Below are positions 11,290 through 24,571 of a stretch of 64,000 bases of DNA, one piece after another (positions within the stretch are counted from its first letter, which is position 1; each line of letters begins with the position of its first letter). Under the pieces are notes generated by a model. The model was not told the origin of the DNA. It saw only the letters and a program-made list of their open reading frames with translations, and ran no database searches. Position numbers and translations under genes: made by a program. This stretch comes from Paraphysomonas bandaiensis (lineage: Eukaryota > Protista > Chrysophyceae): positions 124,001 to 188,000 of the forward strand of contig CBFFRP010000146.1 in assembly GCA_965644295.1 (NCBI GenBank), read 5' to 3'.

Positions 11290-14200
11290 AGTGAGATGGT
11301 ATAGTGTATATAGTTAGATGGTATAGGGATGTATAGTGAGATAGTATAGTGGCATATATTGAGATGGTATAGTGGTATATATTGATATGGTATAGTGGTA
11401 TATAGTGATATGGTATAGTGGTATATTGTGAGATGGTATAGTGGTATATTGTGATATGGTATAGTGGTATATTGTGAGATGGTATAGTGGTATATTGTGA
11501 GATGGTATAGTGGTATATAGTGATATGGTATAGTGTTATATAGTGAGATGGTATAGTGGTATATAGTGGGATGGTATCTGCGTGTATTGTGAGATGGTAC
11601 AATGGTTGTATAGTGAGATGGTATAGTGTATATAGTTAGATGGTATATGGGTGAATCGTAATATGGTATAGTGGCATATGGTGAGATGGTATAGTGATAT
11701 GGTATAGTAGTGGTATATAGTGAGATGGTATAGTGGTATATAGTGAGATGGTATAGTGGTGAATAGTAATATGGTGTAGGGATGTATAGTGAGATGGTAT
11801 ATTAGCATAGTTAGATGGCATAGTGATATATAGTTAGATGGTATAGTGCTATAATATAGTGAGATGGTATAGTGATGTATAGTGAGATAGTATAGTGACA
11901 TATGGTGAGATGGTATAGTGGTATATAGTGAGATGGTATAGTGGTATATAGTGGGATGGTATCTGGGTATATAGTGAGATGGTACAGTGGTTGTATAGTG
12001 AGATGGTATAGTGGTATATTGTGAGATGGTATAGTGGTATATTGTGAGATGGTATAGTGGTATATAGTGATATGGTATAGTGTTATATAGTGAGATGGTA
12101 TAGTGGTATATAGTGAGATGGTACAGTGGTTGTATAGTGCGATGGTACAGTGGTTGTATAGTGAGATGGTATAGTGTATATAGTTAGATGGTATATGGGT
12201 GAATCGTAATATGGTATAGTGGCATATGGTGAGATGGTATAGTGATATGGTATAGTAGTGGTATATAGTGAGATGGTATAGTGGTATATAGTGGGATGGT
12301 ATAGTGGTGAATAGTAATATGGTGTAGGGATGTATAGTGAGATGGTATATTAGCATAGTTAGATGGCATAGTGATATAATATAGTGAGATGGTATAGTGA
12401 TGTATAGTGAGATAGTATAGTGACATATGGTGAGATGGTATAGTGGTATATAGTGAGATGGTATAGTGGTATATAGTGGGATGGTATCTGGGTGTATAGT
12501 GAGATGGTACAGTGGTTGTATAGTGAGATGGTATCTGGATGTATAGTGAGATGGTATAGTGACATATGGTGAGATGGTATCGTGGTATATAGTGAGATGG
12601 TATAGTGGGATGGTATCTGGGTGTGTAGTGATATGGTACAGTGGTTGTATAGTGAGATGGTGTAGTGGTATATAGTGAGATGGTATATTAGCATAGTTAG
12701 ATGGCATAGTGATATATAGTTAGATGGTATAGTGGTATAATATAGTGAGATAGTATAGTGGCATATGGTGAGATGGTATAGTGATATATAGTGATATGGT
12801 ATAGTAGTGGTATATAGTGAGATGGTATAGTGGTATATAGTGAGATGGTATAGTGGTATATAGTGGGATGGTATAGTGGTGAATAGTAATATGGTATCTG
12901 GATGTATAGTGAGATGGTATATTAGCATAGTTAGATGGCATAGTGATATATAGTTAGATGGTGCAGTGGTTGTATAGTGAGATGGTATAGTGGTATATAG
13001 TGAGATAGTATAGTGGTATATAGTGAGATGGTATAGTGATGTATAGTGAGATGGTATAGTGGTATAATATAGTGATGTATAGTGAGGTAGTATATGGGTG
13101 TATAGTGAAATATAAAAGAATATCTGATTATTACATGAGAACGGTTGCGTACAGAAACTAGTTTTACATCTATAGAATAACTAATAACTCGACTTACTAT
13201 ATACTACTATTAGCGGGCTACCGTCTCGGGACTGCTTGTGCATCGCTGCGAGCACCATGGTTCAACCGTCCCTTGCAGTGAGGTTAATCGGGGGTCTGCC
13301 TTTGGGCAGTGTGTCTGCCGGGCCTGTATCGTGAGTTTTACGGGGGATGGTTGGGGCTAGATGTATATGAGAGTGTAAGTCGGTGGTGTAGATGGTGCTC
13401 GTTGTCGAGGTGGGATTTCGACCACAAGTAAGGAGGAGTTGTTTCCGGAGTGGTGGTGCTTGTCTCTGTCGGGTTCGGACTCTTGCAGCGGATAGAATTC
13501 TTGGGGTGGATGTCGCTAGGAGTAGTTGGAGTATTTTTGGTGTCGGGTGAGTATCCTGCGACGGGCGTTGCTGTGAGTGTGGTGGGGTCGTAATCGGTGT
13601 TACTGATGCCGTGTCTGTGTTGTGATGTCTGAGACCTCTGTTTCGAAGCATGCGGAGCCCTCCACCATATAGGGGAAGGAGGATAGAGGTTACGGATTTT
13701 TCGAGAACGTGGAACTGATGTTCGAGCAGTGAGCTGGATATGTGGCGTCCGAATGCGTCGGTCAATTGTGTGGCAGTAATGTGGCCGGTCCAGTAGCGCT
13801 CAGCCTGGGGTGTGTGTGGATTCCATGCGGCTTTTGCTAGTTTGATTATGGCGGTGTGGAACCAGGGATGGGGGAGCGTGCGTGTGCGAAGTTTGTCGAA
13901 CTTGTGGTGTGCTTGGTGAACATCTTCACGTATGTGAGTGAGGTCGGGGTGTGTGCAGGTGAGAAGCATGTGTGCCATGTTGTCGATTGGGAGTGCACAG
14001 TCTGCGCATGCTGAGGCCGTTGTTATGTGATCAGGCCCGGTTTTCCCTTTGGCTTGATTTCTGCCCATCGCGTATGATTTGTCCCATACGTAGGTGTATA
14101 GTGAAATGGTATATGGGTGTATAGTGAGATAGTGTAGTGATGTATAGTTAGGTGGTATAGTGGTATACAGTAGATGGTATAGTGGTATAATATAGTGGGA

Positions 14201-14480
14201 TGGTATAGTGATGCATAGTAATATGGTATGGGTGTATAGTGAGATGGTATATGGGTGTATAGTGAGATGGTATATGGGTGTATAGTGAGATAGTGTAGTG
14301 ATGTATAGTTAGGTGGTATAGTGGCATACAGTAGATGGTATAGTGGTATAATATAGTGGGATGGTATAGTGATGCATAGTAATATGGTATGGGTGTATAG
14401 TGAGATGGTATATGGGTGTATAGTGAGATGGTATGTGGGTGTATTCTGAGATGGTGTAGTGGTGTTTAGTGAGATGGTTA
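11290..14480 (+). repeat. Degenerate ~23-bp minisatellite (consensus GAGATGGTATAGTGGTATATAGT), interrupted by a LINE
   Basis: Many variant monomers with larger block duplications (for example ~11600-11830 recurs at ~12150-12370). Confidence 0.95.
13112..14092 (-). mobile_element. 5'-truncated non-LTR retrotransposon (ORF C-terminus with CCHC knuckle plus 3' UTR), with a 15-bp TSD
   Basis: CADCALPIDNMAHMLLTC knuckle; homologous to 25642-27876. Direct repeat GGTGTATAGTGAAAT at 13097-13111 and 14093-14107. Confidence 0.85.
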
Positions 14481-14639
14481 TAGTTCATACTTGTGAACTG
14501 TATGTAATATATATGTGTAGTCGGTGACTTTTATTGCTGTAAAACTGAAGTAATATGGAAGAAATTAGTAAAAAATATTATAAATAATACTCTTCACACT
14601 GTTATTAACTTCATAGTTACTTATTGTGCATAGTTATAC

Positions 14640-15464
14640 CCTTTTCCGACCATCACCAAAAATTTCACCAGGTTTTACATCAAAACCCAGGTTTTGGTAT
14701 TACCTCGACTTTTCCTAATCCAGTTTCCTGTATGCGACAGTGACTTTTCTCCTGTCTACCACTCCTGTGGTAATATAGGACAGATGTACATCAAGATGTC
14801 TGAGGCCCACCAGGTACTGATAATCAATTTTACTCTCTGGTGTTTTCGCGTAAATACTGCCTTATATGATGTCCTACTAAAATTCACCTGCGCCATCTGC
14901 ATGATATCGTCATAGTACCAATCTTTCTTCTCCACACTTTTCATGCATTTCAACACTTCACTCCCGCCTTTTGTTTTTCAAACCATATGCCCATACTTCC
15001 TTTGCATCGCTGTCTTTGAAAAGTAACACATGTTTGTATCCTTCCATAGATGGCGTGTTTGGTATATGCACTGAGCACCCCTCTCTCATTTCAAAGTTGT
15101 CATTTGGGTTGTTGTCTAAAAGTTCATCATTATATAAATCTTGTTGCACCCACTGTCTAGGTATATAACTTCTGACGTGCTCTGTGCCATATTCACCTCT
15201 TCTTCAACACATACCATCGATTCATATCCCGCTTCATCTTCTGAGTCATGTACTGATACTCGCGGTTTCTTCTTATTTTTGTAGTTAACAATTGCCAATT
15301 ATTTACAGTTACTGTATCTACAAAAATAAGAATAAACCGCGAGTATCAGTACATGACTCAGAAGATGAAGCGGGATATGAATCGATGGTATGTGTTGAAG
15401 AAGAGGTGAATATGGCACAGAGCATGGCGGAAGATATATACCTAGACAGTGGGTGCAACAAGAT
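14640..15464 (-). mobile_element. Ty1/copia-like remnant (protease and integrase fragments) ending in a 147-bp-arm fold-back
   Basis: IYLDSGCNK aspartic protease motif; GYKHVLLFKDSDAKEVWAYGLKNK integrase-core motif. 15138-15284 is inverted at 15318-15464. Confidence 0.75.
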
Positions 15465-15594
15465 GATTCCATGCAATTTTTGCAATTACAATTAATTGTT
15501 ACGCAGCCCTAGCATGTGGACATACAAATATATCATAATTAACAGCCCATCAACACTCAACATCGCACATTAATTAAAAGATTCAACAACAAAA

Positions 15595-18318
15595 CTACAC
15601 AGCAGTACTTCCCGCCGCCTCGTCAGAGAAGCAATACCCAGTAGATTCGTCATAAATCAGTTCGAATCCATCAGGAATATTGTTAGCAACATTATCTGAC
15701 GATGGGGTATTCACTTCACAACCTGCTCCAGATCGTGCCTTTTTCCCTATTGAATGTGCAGCGAGAACAAGATCCAGAGTGCCATCAACAACAGTTTGGA
15801 TTAACTCGTTCTTTCCAACACAAAGAGCTGGGTTTGTGTTAGCCTCAAGCAGAATAGCTTTGTTATTGGGAGCACTGGTAACCATAAAATCGAGTCCTAA
15901 TAGATCAAAGTAACCCTTTTTCTTAATAAAGAGACCATTAGACGCCTACAACACAACCGATAAGTACACGAATATTAAAACCAGTTTAAATATCTGACTG
16001 ACCTTTATAATATCAACCATGCATTTCTTCATTTCCGAATTGATCTTATTTCTTAAGAAAGCTGCACTTTCTACGTCTCCCGCACGCTCGACCGCATCCA
16101 CGAGTTCTTCACGAGTAAGAATCTAGCATAGAGACTATTACACAAGTGTAGATATGAAATAAAACAACCTGGCTATCCTTGTGTTCCTTGAAGTCTGAGG
16201 ACTTCTTCTGAATAGAAGTGTTGCTCAAGTGAACAACAGAATCTTCCAGAGAGGATAGGTCCAGAGTGTAAGGTTTCAAAGTTCTTCTAGCGTATCCAGG
16301 ATAGAAATATACAATTGTATGAGGCACAACTTGAGCAATTAGCATATACACCCGTAAGTCAAACTTATATCCATCTACCAGAAGCGGTCGCATAATGTAC
16401 TCTTGAACGATGCCTTTCGGTAGGGGTTGAGTATATGTTGCACCTTTCCTTGCAGGTGACTCAGACCCATTCCTACTTTTTTCCTCCGACTCTGCCGAAG
16501 TGGACGATTGAGTGAGATGGGGATGGTACTCTCGTATTAGTTCCATGATTTCTCGTCCTCCTTGCATTACTCGAACGCCTCTTCCACGGTTACTGCATGA
16601 GGGCTTGTAAATCCACAAAACGGATGCATCTCCTTCCCTAGTAGTACCAACTGCTGCCTCAGACAACCTCTTGTCCGCATCCAACAAGGCCAGACAGTCA
16701 GTAATATCATCCAGCTGGTATGTCTCTGGCATCCACGGAGTTGGCAGGCGGGAAGATGCAATCTGTTCAATATTAGAAGCGGTATTCTTGGGAATATCCT
16801 GAGTTGCATTTCCCGTCAGAGCAGTTGCAAGGACTTCCACGGGACTTTCTGTGTCAAGCAGAGCAGAATATCCGGTCATTTGGGTACGAGAGGACTGGGA
16901 ACAGGAGGCATAATGATCCCGCAGGCACGTCAGTAGCCCGATTTTCGTCGTAATCACGTCATTATTCGGAATATGGTTAACCAACTGTCATATACTATAA
17001 AAAACACAGACATACTCTGAGCAAATACCTGTCCAGAATGGTGAGCTTTGAAGTCGATTTGTGACCGTCTTTCCACCCACTTCAATGCAAATCTTGTGGA
17101 GAAAGCGTACTCGAACGGAAGCTGCTGCCAACCACGTCTATCGAGAGAATTCTTTATAAAACGCCAGCCGTTTCCTTCTCCAACGTAGTAAGTGAATGGT
17201 GGTGGGGGCTTTTGTGTGACAGATGGTGCAGTGACTGAGCCGCGGGATGCACTTTCAGCGGTGTCTGCAGGATTGCTGCGTGACCTCGGGAGGCGCTTGG
17301 CTGTGCGTGTTCGTCGGCCTCCTTTAGCACTGGTTTCAGCAACTGGAATAGAATTAATTTGCTTTGCTTCGATATCATCTTGATCTTCAGTACGAATAGT
17401 TTCCTCCTTCTCATGCTCCATCTCCTCATCTTCTACATCGCTACATCCACCGGCAGATTCATCATCTGACGAGTCATGGAATATGGATCGACTCCCAGCT
17501 GCCATCGCGAGAGCTGCATTAGATGATATCCACTGATGCTCTGGACAGACACTCACACACTGGCCGTTCAGCCAGGTGTCAATGCTACAAAAGTATACTT
17601 TCTCCAGGTTCCATAACTTAGACGGAAAAAGATATGATGGAAAGATCTGTACAGTACCCTTTTGGTATCGTGCACCAATCGTAGCTTCTCCAGTCTCACC
17701 CCCCAAAAATATTTCAACATGGACCATATCATGCTTTTGAACCTTAGATCTGATAAAAATTGCATAGTGATGACATAAATTCAAAAAAAGATAAGTACAA
17801 ACCTCTTTGAAGTGTATGTTCCGGCGTAGAAAATCAAATCACCAGGCTTCAATTCTTTTACACTCTCCACTCTAATCGGAAGGGTGTCAAACTGGTAAGC
17901 CTGTACGAAAGATTATAAGCACGTTTATTACATTACATATACAAACCTGATTCCATTTACCAATGACAAACCCGAAATCACTTTGTAAATCCTTCAACAC
18001 TTGTCTGACCAAGCCGCAGCAATCCAAGTACAGCGGGTGATCAGATGCACCTTCAGGTTGATACTTTTTGGCATAAGGAACACCCATATAAAACTTTGCC
18101 CTATCAATAAACTTTTGTCGTAACTGATCTTTGAATTCTTCAGATCGATCTGGTCGATGTTGTAGACACTGTTTCATCAGTTTTCTTTCTTGTTTCTTCT
18201 CTTTAAGAAACTTCGCAAACGAATCTTGAAGAGACGTCTTTTCATTTCCACCAATCACTACTATTTTATCACTAATAAGAACATTTTCTACATTCTCTTT
18301 CGCTGTAGTTTCATTCAT
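15595..18318 (-). CDS. TTLL10: TTLL10-like tubulin/protein glycylase fused to an N-terminal NlpC/P60-like cysteine peptidase domain (~6 exons)
   Basis: TTL motifs LVNHIPNNDVITTKIGLL, WIYKPSCSNRGRG, VQEYIMRPLLVDGYKFDLRVY, HLSN and GYFDLLGLDF...LLEANTNPAL. N-terminal motifs GVPY...LDCCGLV...PGDLIFY...HVEIFLG. The introns join all parts in one frame. Confidence 0.85.
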
Positions 18319-19066
18319 ATTTAATACACAGTCCTTAATAACTACCAGCCAAGTGATTGTCTCTGTTCAATAGCCACTAAGTTAATACTATTCACTGTTG
18401 TTTCAACTGGACTTTCAATCCGTAGTAAGGGTATGCACAAAGGGTATGATAATATCACGTAGTAGATAATATTGATATGATAGTGCCACTCTCTCATATA
18501 TTGAGTTCCCACTATGGAGTTTGATATGATACTAACATACATACATACATACATACATACATCCATACACACTACACACATATCTAGATGTCATATATAT
18601 GAACGTTAGAATATACAGAGAAATATGGAATAATGATACTGCTGCTTGTGATGTCTTCCTGTAAACTGAAAATGATTGTACACATACAGTATATATAGTA
18701 CGCAGCTATGTCAGTTTCGACATGTATGGCAGTATAATATAAGTACGTATGCCATACTGGAGGTATACAATTCTTATGGACAGCTCCAAACTATTTCAGT
18801 TTTCATACGCCCCCTTGAGATACAAGAAAAGTATGGGCGTTGTTTATGTATGTGGGAACGTCACGTGAAAACTCTATATACTGACTTCGCTCTTATAGTT
18901 CTACTACTTGAATTGGACATCACAGTTATACTCTTAAACACTGCGCCTCATTATAGTTAGAGGGCGACTCATTTGAGAGTGTGAATTTAGTTTCTATTTT
19001 TTCTGCTCATAGATGCAGACATAAGGAACTATTTCGTGTAAGTAGGGTGTCTTTCTATTAACAGGA

Positions 19067-19981
19067 ATGATGTTTGGGAAACCGCATCTCAATCTCTCTT
19101 GTTCGACTCTCGGTATGGAAACACTTACACCTATTCCTCCTCCATTTCTAGTACCACGACCATTTGAAATCAAGAAACCTGTATGGTGTCAAGCACCAAC
19201 TACTAGTGTGATATTTGAAGAGTGTGGTACCGGACGTGAGAGAGATATTGGTGAAGAGGCATTTTATATCATTGGACGTAATGAAAGATGTGATATCATT
19301 CTTGGAGAAATTATGGTGTCCAGGTGTCATGCAGTTTTATGTCATAATGGTTTGGGTGATGTTTATCTCATTGACCTTGGGTCCAGCCACGGCACATTTA
19401 TTGGCAACCATCGGCTAGTTCCATACACCCCCACTTTAGTTAAGCGACATTCGGTTATGCGATTTGGCTCATGGGAAAAGCAGTATATTGTGCGCGAGTA
19501 CCCTAAGCCAGATGATGTTCTTGCCAAGTCTAAGTATTGTGAATCCGTTGAGGAGCAGTTAGCGATGCTAAATGCTTTCCGCAACATCACCTGCTTGACA
19601 CCGACAAATTCGCAGGATAGACCTATGAATGTTGACAAAAGTGAAGAGGTATTGCCTGTTACGGAAGTTGGACCATATCGTCCGGCCCGTCGGTGCTCTT
19701 ATGCGGATCTGGGAGACAGCAAGCGCGAGATGATTGACATATCTCAAGAAGACACTCTTCACACACAACTAGTTCATGCCCAGGAGGCCTTGCACGCCCG
19801 CAAGAGTATGCGTCGAAGTTTCTCGCTGGATAGCAGCTATGCAAGTCCGTGTGCGCGACGACTTTCCACAAATGGTGGGGAAGGCGGTGGGATGTGCCGC
19901 AAGAAGGTACGCTTTTCGGAGGGAGACCTCTCAGTGGTGTACACAGCAGAGACTGCCACAGGACGAGCACCCGGTAACTAA
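19067..19981 (+). CDS. FHA-domain protein
   Basis: IIGRNERCDI...VSRCHAVL...LIDLGSSHGTFI matches the FHA consensus. C-terminal KKVRF is an RVxF-type PP1-docking motif, as in NIPP1-like proteins. Confidence 0.85.
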   Translation: MMFGKPHLNLSCSTLGMETLTPIPPPFLVPRPFEIKKPVWCQAPTTSVIFEECGTGRERDIGEEAFYIIGRNERCDIILGEIMVSRCHAVLCHNGLGDVYLIDLGSSHGTFIGNHRLVPYTPTLVKRHSVMRFGSWEKQYIVREYPKPDDVLAKSKYCESVEEQLAMLNAFRNITCLTPTNSQDRPMNVDKSEEVLPVTEVGPYRPARRCSYADLGDSKREMIDISQEDTLHTQLVHAQEALHARKSMRRSFSLDSSYASPCARRLSTNGGEGGGMCRKKVRFSEGDLSVVYTAETATGRAPGN

Positions 19982-20680
19982 GTACTGCTTCTCGTACTAA
20001 ATGTGCGTCTCATATTTATATTTTTGATCAATCATTCTTCGTTACTAGTAGTTGCTCGTCAACGTAATATTTTCTAATTTATCATGATGCGAATTACTCT
20101 GTTATGAAGGTTAACTGTTTTAGTATGCAGTGACTTCCATGTCTTCAATTTAGTGGTATTAATCCTAATAATGATAACTTTATGTCGAACTCTATTGAAA
20201 AGAAGTGCGTATTACCTGCTATATATGACTTGCATACAGTGACACTATATGACTTGCATACAGTGACTTGCTACGTATATCGTATATATATTATATATGT
20301 AGAGAGTAGGGAGCTCGAAAAGTGAAAGGGATATAATGTCAAGTATCTGTCATTAAGTATATTTTCATTTTCCCCTAAATTAGTTAGCGCAGCTTTGTTC
20401 CCTGCCTTCGCTCTTAACATGGCTTTTTGATTATATAGTAGTTTTGTTTTTGCATGACTGTACAAGGTACAAGGGTCAAGTCTTTGTAGTTAGAGCTATC
20501 TTTCAGTTTTTACCGACACCAAGAATTAATTTAATAGTCTTTTTGTCAGAGTGGCAGTGTTGCTAAACGAAAATTTATACATACTTGCATTAATACAGTT
20601 CCGTCAGCACTATAGAACAATATAACTATAGTTGCATACCTACTACTTTATGATACCAATAAAATACATTCATTAACTTC

Positions 20681-21600
20681 CTACCACTCTTCAGCTGATT
20701 CTGTAGATGCAAGCCGCTCTCGTTTCCTGATCTCACGCTTGATCATTGATATTCTCAGTAATGAGAAAGTAGATCCGAGAGATAGCGCTGTGAGTAATAT
20801 TCTACCTGTACATATATAAGGATAGGCGAAATGCTTCACTATAAACGCACCTGGTGAGGTGTCAGTTACATCAACAATGCCGGTAAACACACACAGGGCA
20901 TACACAATAGAGGAGACGGTGAACGTAGTGAGGAGTATATTCCTCAGCTCTCTCCTTGCGTCTTGCCTGGAGTCTTCGAGTCGTTGTTTAGCAGCCTGTT
21001 CTGGGGTAGCTGGAGCGGATGCTCCGGTTGAAATAGAGAAAGGTATATAGTCCTCAGGTTTCTGCGACCCCGACTGGGTGGGAGTAGACGGAGTAGACAT
21101 TCCTTTATTCTCGGTTTTCTGCACTGAATTCACGCTCTGAGGTCGTTTTCGGCTGGGCGTTGATGCACCTCCTCCTTCCAATTTCGTACTCGTGGATGGA
21201 GAAATAGGTTGAGAGTCCCTGTGGTCATCAAGCTCAAGGAAGTCTTTCATCTCAGGTGGCATCGGATCCAGAGATATTATCAAACGCAAAAACTCCTCGA
21301 ATCCTGACCTCCTTCTTTCTTTAGTATGCTGAGAGAATGTATTGAACATACTCTTATTCGGGAACCGATAAGCTTCCACTTCAGGATACACATCTTTTAG
21401 AGAACTATGCAAAAAACTGAAATGTCTGCAAGGATATAAATATTCATACGATGGTTGCTATATTATACGTACTTGTATCGTTTACGCAGGTACCATGAGT
21501 TACCAGTCTGCTTATCATCAACATGTACATTGTATACAGTGTATATACGACCATCATGATCTTCCAATTCTTCATAACTAATAATTCTAATTTTAATCAT
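20681..21600 (-). CDS. PX (phox homology) domain protein with C-terminal hydrophobic helices
   Basis: YTVYNVHV...LRKRYKHFSFLHSSLK...FPNKSMF...ERRRSGFEEFL; intron ~21428-21472. Confidence 0.85.
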
Positions 21601-22270
21601 TGTACAGCTTGCTACTATATATAATATCAAGATCTTATGGCCATAGAGTGCCTGACGATACGCTGCTGTTTACAGGTACTGCATATGCTGCAGTTATGTA
21701 TGAGGTTAAAGTAGTTAATATGTTACTGTGGAATATACGATAAGAGGAGAGTATGGAGTGGATGAGGTGTTTAATGCATGGAAACTCCATGTACTGCTGT
21801 ATGTATACATATGTAATAGCCTGCAGTAGCTATCTCTATATATCCCTATATATGGCTCGATGTACGACGTAGTACAGCAGCAGTACAGCAGTACAATATC
21901 AGGAGCAGCACATCCACTGCAACTTCGTGCATTGTGTCTGCATCTTCATACACTCACCATCAGCAGAATAAATGGCGATTCTATCCCATATATGGGATCT
22001 CTAGTCGAGTGAATCTCCATCCATTAGTTGACTCCTCCATACATGAGATCCACCACTACGACCCGTACAGGACACTACATACCACACGGAACTCTCACTA
22101 CTACGATGTACATACTCCACAAAGCTGCATGATATATCCACATACAGTGTCTATATACTCCCATATATCTCAACTATCAATAAACATATTCAACCAATCA
22201 AATATATTTATTTGAAGGGTTGAGAGAGAGTTCATTGTATTGCTATATCTGATAATTAAATACATCGCAT

Positions 22271-24046
22271 ATGGTTTGTATTATAACTCTCTATATGTAT
22301 ATATATATGTAACTATATATACAGGCATACCGCAGGTCACGTGCTTCAAAAGACGAAGAGTCAAATGACTGGCGTAATGGTTCAGGAAGAACTGTATCAT
22401 TTGATCAAAGAGCTGCTCGTAACTCCACTGGGGCTAAAGAGGAGTTTCTAGCTCCCACTGAAGACGAGGTGGTTGGTGGACAGTTAGTTGGAAAAGATCC
22501 CAAACAACTGGCAATATATTTTGTATTGATGGTTTTTGTCGGTCTTGGAAACAAAATTTTCAATAAATTAATGACTGTAAGTGCACTCATCATATTTATG
22601 TTGTATTCTAATTTGTACCGCAGATTCCCATGCACAGTAAGACACTCAGCTAATCTCGAGTAACATGAGCTAACTGTTTAACAGATTACCCTAATTTTTT
22701 GAATTTATTGACAACCACGATGTATGTTCCGGTGGGTAGCATATAAGCGAATATGTTAAAGTTGATAGTTTACTGTGTCAAAATAGGTGTGTTTCGCCTA
22801 CATCATACCCATGGCTCGAAATGGTGGCATTCCAAAAGAACAACTGGACCTTCCATATAAGCCGTTTGCAGTCATGGGCGGTCTGGATGCGATCGCAGGT
22901 ATTATGCAAGTCTTCGCCGCGACATACCTTCCTGGTCCGATGATCATCCTGATGGTGAGATAACTCGTCTTCTATTGATGCATAGTACTCAAGTGTTGTG
23001 TTGACAGAGTCAATCCGCTATCCCTATCAGCATGGTGATTTCCAAGTACCTTATCAATGCACAGTACAACAAGTACCAATACGCGGGAGCTATTATTGTG
23101 GCTGTCGGGATCGTGGTGGTTCTTGCACCAACTATCACCGGTGGTGGAAGCCCTATATGGGCTATTGTCATGATGGTTAGTTGTATTCCCATGACTCTAT
23201 CATCTGTTTACAAGGAAATATCTCTTGGTGAAACTGAGCTTGACCCGGTATGTTTCATTTTCTTCACGTTGCTATTACTAACCTATGAATATTTGTTAAG
23301 ATGTACCTGAATGGCATGATCTGCGTCTTCCAGCTTCTCTTCTCACTTGTGCTCTGCGTGCCCTCGTCACTTGCATCAGACCCCCCCGTACCCATTCCCG
23401 ATCTGCCTCAGAATCTTCTCAATGGTCTGAAGTGTTTTTTTGGTATCAGCTCTATGACTTGTGATGACGACGAGGATGATGGAGAATGTTCCGCTGATCA
23501 CTGCATGCCTAATGCTCCTATGTTCGTCACAATATATCTGGTATTCAACCAGCTTTATAACTTGCTTATTATCCTCATCCTCAAGTACGGATCAGCGAAT
23601 ATTCTCTGGCTGGTAAGTGCTTGGAACATATGATTATAAGCTGTGCTTACTCTAATGAAAACGATAGGCAATGACCCTCATGGTTCCCCTAGGCAATGTG
23701 GTATGTGCTTTGCAATACATGTGCCATCTTGAAACTGATGCTGTTCTAGGCTTTTACTCTTCCCTTTGTTCCTGAACATCAAGGGCTACGTGTGACGGAT
23801 ATTATTGGTCTGGTCATTATATGCGGTGGACTGGGTGTGTACCGCTTCCTTTCAGATGCCATCAAGAAGTACCAGGAGAAGCATGATGGTCATGAATCGG
23901 CCTCTGTGAAGGAACCACTCCTTGACCTCGTGAAGGATGTTGATAGAGTAATCAGCGTCACCGGAGAAGAAGAAGATAGCGACGAGACGGAGGGAACAAA
24001 GTCCACTCAGTCAAGAATGTACCCTGATGATGGAACGGGTCTCTAA
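22271..24046 (+). CDS. Chloroquine-resistance-transporter-like (CRT/CLT, DMT superfamily) membrane protein, multi-exon
   Basis: GNKIFNKLMTIPMHNYPNFLN, FAVMGGLDAIAG, QSAIPISM, LSSVYKE, FNQLYNLLIILILKYGSAN and VPLGN motifs; about 10 TM segments. Confidence 0.85.
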
Positions 24047-24571
24047 TCTTTTGGCGTGTACACTATTATCACGCGTAAGCTAGGTGATAGTTGTACTCGT
24101 CACATACAAATATTAGCTCGATCATTGAAATACGATAGTGCATCCTGAACATGTGGGCTTGATGCTCTGTTGCATATATATTCTGTGTGGTTTGGCTTAT
24201 ATCGTAAATAAGTATCATGGATATTACAACGCTCTTAGTCGCTTTTTATATCTCTTTAACCTTGAGTACGTACTACGCCTACTGACCGTCGCTATATATC
24301 TAATGCGGAGCATATACTATACAATACAATTAGTGTACAAGGAGGCAGTATGATATTTTTGTTTCTATCTGTCCGTTGGTGTGTGTTCGGCAGTACACTG
24401 CACATTTCCTAGCTAACTTAACTATAACTTGACTACTAAGGAGCGGCCCATATGTATTTGAATATGGAGCGGCACTGATATACTTGACCAATTGATAATA
24501 ACCCAAATTACTTAAATCGTATACACACAATAGTAAGCACCCCTATAGCCATATTCCATGTTGCCACACAA

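Noticed and set aside
11171-12941. Tyr/His/Thr-rich ORFs
   Set aside because: Translations of the minisatellite.
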